Shown here one piece after another: positions 59,057 through 64,000 of a stretch of 64,000 nucleotides of DNA; the first letter of the stretch is position 1, and each line of letters opens with the position of its first letter. Below the pieces are notes generated by a model that saw only the letters and a program-made list of their open reading frames with translations, did no database searches and was not told the DNA's origin. This stretch comes from a virus (lineage: Duplodnaviria; Caudoviricetes): IMG/VR virus record IMGVR_UViG_3300008108_003798. One strand, written 5' to 3'. The translations under genes and the position numbers were made by a program.

Positions 59057-59263
59057 ATGCAAAACACAGTTAAACTTGTGGACGTTGAGTATAACTATAA
59101 AAGCGAGCTTTGCGCTACGCTTACAAACAGCGTTAAAGCTGTGCGCTGCGAGGACGTGCTGTATTTGGACTTTGTAAGCTATGCTGCAATGTGTGCAGTA
59201 TACGAGGAGTGGTGCGAGCTTGCGGACGCGGGCGAAGAGGGTTATTTTTACGTAGCAGCGTAA
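59057..59263 (+). CDS. early hypothetical protein in the YC-free island
   Basis: GAGGGA RBS; MQNTVKLV... Confidence 0.7.
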   Translation: MQNTVKLVDVEYNYKSELCATLTNSVKAVRCEDVLYLDFVSYAAMCAVYEEWCELADAGEEGYFYVAA

Positions 59264-59361
59264 AAAAACTTGCAGCACACAGCACTTTTTAGTTGACAAG
59301 TGCTGTGTGCTGTGCTATACATAACTTGTAAGCAACACAGCACAGCAGAGGGAAACACGCT

Positions 59362-59649
59362 ATGCAAAACACAGTAGCAAATACAGCAAATACTAATTAC
59401 GTTTTTGTAATGCTTGATGACGCTACAAACGCAATTGTACTGCGTATTAATAAAACTGTTGACGTTTTTTGTAATAGTGCAAACGACATAATTGCTGCAT
59501 TTAAACAATATAATATTACGGACTGCGACACTATTATGTGCAGCAGTGACGTGGATTTTGCTACGGAGTTTGACTATGCGTACGACAGTGCAGTACACGA
59601 CATGCTTGACGAAGCTTTTGACGCACTAAATTTTAAACAATACGTTTAA
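59362..59649 (+). CDS. early hypothetical protein in the YC-free island
   Basis: GAGGGA RBS; MQNTVANT... Confidence 0.7.
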   Translation: MQNTVANTANTNYVFVMLDDATNAIVLRINKTVDVFCNSANDIIAAFKQYNITDCDTIMCSSDVDFATEFDYAYDSAVHDMLDEAFDALNFKQYV

Positions 59650-59739
59650 AAAAACAGCAGCACACAGCACTTTTTACTTGACGAGTGCTGTGTGCTGTGC
59701 TATAACTTACACACGGGCAACACACGAGAGGGACTGCAC

Positions 59740-59931
59740 ATGACACGCGAAGAACTGTTTGCTAAAATTGCTGCAATTGCTGCTGACGCATACGACAGCA
59801 CGGATGCTGACGAAGTGCAAAGCTGGGATGCATACGAAGCAGCGAAACAGATTGTTATTGCAATGCAGACGGTTGGCTACGACATAACATATATGTTGGA
59901 GCAAATTGAGGAAGACGCTGACGAAGCGTAA
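59740..59931 (+). CDS. early hypothetical protein in the YC-free island
   Basis: GAGGGA RBS; MTREELFA... Confidence 0.7.
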   Translation: MTREELFAKIAAIAADAYDSTDADEVQSWDAYEAAKQIVIAMQTVGYDITYMLEQIEEDADEA

Positions 59932-60027
59932 CACAAAAAAAACTTGCAGCGCACAGCACTTTTTACTTGACGAGTGCTGTGTGCTGTGCTATACATAACT
60001 TGTAAGCAACGCAAGAGGGAACACGCT

Positions 60028-60315
60028 ATGCACACAGTAATTGCAGAATTTTTGCAGTGTTTTGCAGCATATATGCAGCATGTAGCCGCGCTAGCGGACG
60101 ACACGGAACTCGAGCCCGCGGATGCGGAAGACGCTGTTAAAATTGCACAGCAACTTCCTTTGCTGTATGCAGTTGTTTACAGTCCCCGTGCAGCACAATG
60201 CGCTGCGCTTGATGCGCTAGAAGTCGACTGCATTAACATGCTCGACACCAACGTGCGCGATTTCTTTGCTAACCTGTATACTGTTAACGCACTGTTCCGC
60301 AGCAACGAGTTGTAA
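60028..60315 (+). CDS. early hypothetical protein
   Basis: GAGGGA RBS; MHTVIAEF... Confidence 0.7.
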   Translation: MHTVIAEFLQCFAAYMQHVAALADDTELEPADAEDAVKIAQQLPLLYAVVYSPRAAQCAALDALEVDCINMLDTNVRDFFANLYTVNALFRSNEL

Positions 60316-60402
60316 TAAAAACTTGCAGCACACAGCACTTTTTACTTGACGAGTGCTGTGTGCTGTGCTATACATATTGCATAGGGCAAACAGGAGGGCA
60401 AG

Positions 60403-60543
60403 ATGAAGATTCAAATTAAAGCCGAAGACATCCAGCGCCGCGATCCGGTTGCTCGTGCATTGGCAGACAGTCGGTTCCAGCCTCGCACTGTGCGTGACAG
60501 AACCAAATACACCCGCAAACAGAAACACCGCAAAGCCTACTAA
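60403..60543 (+). CDS. small basic ArfA-like protein (46 aa)
   Basis: DPVARALADSRFQPRTVRDRTKYTRKQKH resembles the ArfA core. Confidence 0.55.
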   Translation: MKIQIKAEDIQRRDPVARALADSRFQPRTVRDRTKYTRKQKHRKAY

Positions 60544-60567
60544 GGCCCCGCTGTTAAGGAGATCGAC

Positions 60568-60744
60568 ATGACTTTCTACCATTACTTCAAGACCGTGTGC
60601 CTCTTGCTTGCTAGCCTTGTGGCGTTCATTGCAGTGATTAGCCCCGAGACTGTGGGCAAATGGCAGGCCCGCAAAGACGTTGCCTACGACAGTATCTGGA
60701 TCGAATGGATCAGTGACTGTGATTGCACAGAGCCACTGGAGTAA
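60568..60744 (+). CDS. small membrane protein (58 aa)
   Basis: AGGAG RBS; hydrophobic N-terminus. Confidence 0.55.
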   Translation: MTFYHYFKTVCLLLASLVAFIAVISPETVGKWQARKDVAYDSIWIEWISDCDCTEPLE

Positions 60745-60833
60745 GCGACTTTCCGCTTACTGCGGATAAAACCCGTTGACTCACCTGTAGATCATGCTAT
60801 AAGTATAATACGAACGACAAAAAGGAGAAACCA

Positions 60834-61433
60834 ATGCGGATGATTCACATCCTCGGCGGCGTCGCTTCTTCAGCCGTGATCGTTGCAATGGCAGTGGTTT
60901 ACTTGACGGCAGATGAGGCAAAAGCAGCCGTTGACCCCGTAGAAATCGTATATGTTGACCGAGTAGTAGAACGAGTGGTGGAGCGTGTGGTGCATGTGCC
61001 CATGCCCACCAGACCTGGCCAAGATCCTGAGGCTATCTTTGCTGATGCCGGCACAGAAGACCTATACTGTCTAGCACAGAACATCTACTTTGAAAGCAGA
61101 GGCGAGAGCAAGGTAGGCCAAGAGTTTGTAGGTTGGGTTACACTGAACAGAGTTCAGAACTCAGACTTCCCCAGCGAGATCTGCAGGGTAGTGTGGCAGG
61201 ACAGCCAGTTCTCATGGACACATGACGGCAAGAGCGACCAACCACGAGATGCTGCGGCTTGGGCAACAGCACAGACCATTGCCCTTGAAGTGGTGCAGGC
61301 CTATGGTGTAGAACGTGATCCAACCGAAGGCGCAACCTACTTCCATGCTACCTCAGTCCGACCTAGTTGGGCCAAGAAGTTCGAACGTGTGGTACAGATC
61401 GATAACCATATCTTCTACGTAGATAGAGGTTGA
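60834..61433 (+). CDS. SleB-like cell wall hydrolase (Hydrolase_2)
   Basis: CLAQNIYFESRGES..VTLNRV..QFSW..TEGATYFH..IDNHIFY. Confidence 0.92.
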   Translation: MRMIHILGGVASSAVIVAMAVVYLTADEAKAAVDPVEIVYVDRVVERVVERVVHVPMPTRPGQDPEAIFADAGTEDLYCLAQNIYFESRGESKVGQEFVGWVTLNRVQNSDFPSEICRVVWQDSQFSWTHDGKSDQPRDAAAWATAQTIALEVVQAYGVERDPTEGATYFHATSVRPSWAKKFERVVQIDNHIFYVDRG

Positions 61434-61786
61434 CACACTGGTTGCCCTGTGCTATACATAACGTATAGGGCAACACAGGAGACACCAGATGTGGCAAGTA
61501 AGAACACAGTTCTCCAAACCTAACGCAGACAATCCTACTGGGCCTTTGGAGTGGAACGCGGTGTTGGTGGCGACAGAAGCAGAAGCAGAAGCATGGTGGC
61601 ACACTCGGACCACTAGTTAGAGTCCTGTTCAAATAACGGTTGACAACCCAGTTGCCCTGTGCTATACATAACACATAGGGCAACACAACAACGAGGCACA
61701 AGATGAAACTTCCGATCCTGCTTTCCGCAATTATGATTGCTGTCGCTGCACATCACTACTTCACTTTCGCCTAAGGGGGCTGCGCT

Positions 61787-61975
61787 ATGCTGAACTCACA
61801 AGAACTCACAGAGCGTGGTTGGAACATCTATCGTTCCAACAACTGGATTGGTCGTCATCGTGAAACTGGTCGGAAGATCACTGCTGGCACACACCTCACC
61901 CTGCTGCACCTGCTGAACTACGAAGAGTGGCAGAACTCGCAAACTTGGAGCACCGTGCTGGAACAAACTGGTTGA
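61787..61975 (+). CDS. early hypothetical protein
   Basis: ORF track. Confidence 0.6.
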   Translation: MLNSQELTERGWNIYRSNNWIGRHRETGRKITAGTHLTLLHLLNYEEWQNSQTWSTVLEQTG

Positions 61976-62034
61976 CAGCACACCAAACAGATGTTATAGT
62001 TAACGCATAGGGCAACACACTAGAGGGCAAACAC

Positions 62035-62436
62035 ATGTATACCTTTGATGAACAGATTGTTAGCGACCTCCACAAGGACGCTCGCGGCTATCGTCCGGAT
62101 GAGTACTTCTGGGAAGAGTGGAGCCAGTGCGGCGACCTTACTCGTCAATCCATGTGGGACAACCTGCTGGAGGAACTGGCAGCGGAGACAGCACGGCAGC
62201 GGGACGCTTATGCTCGTGCAGAGATCCACTTCCACCAGCGTGTCCAAGGCACTATGTTGGCAGGTGCCGAAGACGAACTCACTGCCATCCGTTGGATCCT
62301 TGAGGCCGAACAGTTCACTAACTCGGACTTGGCCTACGGTTCGGACTATGTGGCTTGGCACTTTGGACTGCCCTACAAAGGCGAATTTGATCAGCAGATC
62401 CAGACTGTGATCACGGCTATGGAGTCTGAGAACTAA
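62035..62436 (+). CDS. early hypothetical protein
   Basis: SDLHKDARGYRP motif common in phage early proteins. Confidence 0.75.
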   Translation: MYTFDEQIVSDLHKDARGYRPDEYFWEEWSQCGDLTRQSMWDNLLEELAAETARQRDAYARAEIHFHQRVQGTMLAGAEDELTAIRWILEAEQFTNSDLAYGSDYVAWHFGLPYKGEFDQQIQTVITAMESEN

Positions 62437-62505
62437 GTGGTTGACACAGTGTAACGGCCGTGCTATACATACGACATAGGGCAACACACTAGAGGGACTA
62501 CACCA

Positions 62506-62868
62506 ATGATGAAGTATGCAATCCTGTTCTCCATCCTTGCTTTTCCAGTGTTTGCACACAGCGGCGGTCTCGATCGCAACGGCTGCCACAACGACAACAT
62601 CAATGGTGGATACCACTGCCATCGTGAATCATCCAACAGCGAAGTTGCTCACAACGACAACAACGACCTTGAACGGCTGTTGATGGGTATCGTGGCTGTT
62701 GGTGTTATTTCTGCTGCGATTGCTCCTCAATCAGAACCTGTGTACCACCAGCCCGCAGTCCGTGCATGTGTGGTTGAAGAAGTAGAGTATACTCCGACTC
62801 GCGTTTACGTGGCAGTGATCGATACTTGTGCTGGACACATCCTAGATCAATATTCCTACAATCGCTGA
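62506..62868 (+). CDS. secreted YHYH-domain protein
   Basis: Signal peptide, then HSGGLDRNGCHND..GGYHCH. Confidence 0.8.
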   Translation: MMKYAILFSILAFPVFAHSGGLDRNGCHNDNINGGYHCHRESSNSEVAHNDNNDLERLLMGIVAVGVISAAIAPQSEPVYHQPAVRACVVEEVEYTPTRVYVAVIDTCAGHILDQYSYNR

Positions 62869-62938
62869 ACTAAGTGGTTGACAACCCTGCTCAAGCCTGC
62901 TATACATAACACATAGGGCAACACAAGAGGAACACACC

Positions 62939-63190
62939 ATGAACCTTAACGCACAGAACATCCAGAAGATTCAAGCCATGCTGCGTAACGTTGCAGAAGT
63001 AGACCCCAACGACATCATCTCCAACCGTGCAAGCCAACTGGCTGTGGACTTGGAACTGGTGCGTGTTCCGTTCCTATACGAAAGCCTTACAGAAGCAGAA
63101 CGCATGTTGGTACAGTATGCTATCAGCAAGCGTGACGTGTATGTGTTGCGCCCAGACGCAAGACATGCTGTGAACCTCCAAGCAGCCTAA
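62939..63190 (+). CDS. early hypothetical protein
   Basis: Promoter and RBS. Confidence 0.7.
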   Translation: MNLNAQNIQKIQAMLRNVAEVDPNDIISNRASQLAVDLELVRVPFLYESLTEAERMLVQYAISKRDVYVLRPDARHAVNLQAA

Positions 63191-63717
63191 TCCGACACTG
63201 CGGCCCGACTCCTTAATGAATGTATACAGAACTTCCGCAGTGTTGGACAACCTGCGGATTTTCTCTTGAGGTCAGGTATGAGAAAATAAAAAATTTTTCT
63301 TTGGGGTGGTCGCTTAACAAACAATATATTGACACACACATACGCTAGCGTAACACCTGGTGTTGCCCGATCACCACCTCAAAACTATAAGTACTTCTCT
63401 ATAATTTTTCTCGGCAGATTTTTTTACTCTGGTAGAACCCCTTCAGGGAATCGTATCTCCACAGCCACGCATCGTGCCGCAGTGTATTCCTCTGCTCTGC
63501 TTTCACACTCCGCTAGAGTTTTATGCACTGTGTCTGCAGTCAATCCATTCACAGTCAGTATCAGCAGTATCCACCACATTGTTCACCCTCCAAAAACAAC
63601 CTCACTGAGTATTTAAGTACTCCAGCAAATTTTTTTGCTGCAAAATTTTTTCTCCCGCAGCAACCCCTCCAGCGTAGAGTTGGTTGACACCCAACCAAGG
63701 TATGTTATACTGTGTGC

Positions 63718-63969
63718 ATGACACGTTGGTTGATCACAGTACACATTTTTAACAACAACGATTATTTTGACTCTGTACAGCGGTCACGTATCTTCAACAT
63801 ACGTGGTCTGTTCAAGGATTCAGGTTTTGCTGTGATACTCAAAGAAAGTCTATACTACAATCCGCACAGTCAACGTATGTTTTATGTAGAGCATGCCAAG
63901 GAGTCTGCCATCACCATGTTTTTATTGAAATACAATCTTGCTGGTCATCTAACCATAGAGCAGGTATAA
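63718..63969 (+). CDS. hypothetical protein
   Basis: ORF downstream of a TTGACA/TATACT promoter. Confidence 0.55.
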   Translation: MTRWLITVHIFNNNDYFDSVQRSRIFNIRGLFKDSGFAVILKESLYYNPHSQRMFYVEHAKESAITMFLLKYNLAGHLTIEQV

Positions 63970-64000
63970 TGTGGATACTCATTGATTCCCAGGACTACTA

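Overview
This is a 64-kb segment of a large tailed (jumbo, myovirus-like) phage genome. The host is probably an alphaproteobacterium (Rhodobacterales-like), judged from a permuted two-piece tmRNA, a Rhodobacter-type porin, ALA synthase HemA, DUF1127 and FdsA. Positions 1-47.6 kb are mostly minus strand. They hold nucleotide metabolism genes (guaC, nrdA/nrdB, glutaredoxin, 5'-nucleotidase), translation helpers (bS21, tmRNA), host-derived metabolic genes (porin, a GC-rich formate dehydrogenase alpha subunit, NfuA, PstS, HemA, YbaN, YqgE/AlgH, Bfd), a giant multi-domain glycosyltransferase and virion/tail-fibre genes with Gly-X-Y repeats. Many are preceded by (A/C)TAAATA late-promoter-like motifs. 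A repeat-rich non-coding region at ~49.7-50.7 kb separates this from a plus-strand array of ~30 small early-gene cassettes, each with its own sigma70-like promoter and conserved leader; three tRNAs lie in this array. The most unusual signals are: (1) a 1.1-kb island with no TC or CC dinucleotide on the coding strand; (2) a permuted tmRNA whose intervening segment is filled by a 53-aa membrane-protein ORF; (3) a precisely captured, codon-mosaic FdsA gene; (4) a four-hairpin RNA with GCCCUC loops complementary to the early-gene leader/RBS; (5) divergent PhoB boxes between pstS and a DUF1127 small-protein operon; (6) ArfA-like and ubiquitin-like proteins. No CRISPR array, integrase or transposase was seen. 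All assignments come from motif recognition by eye, without database searches.
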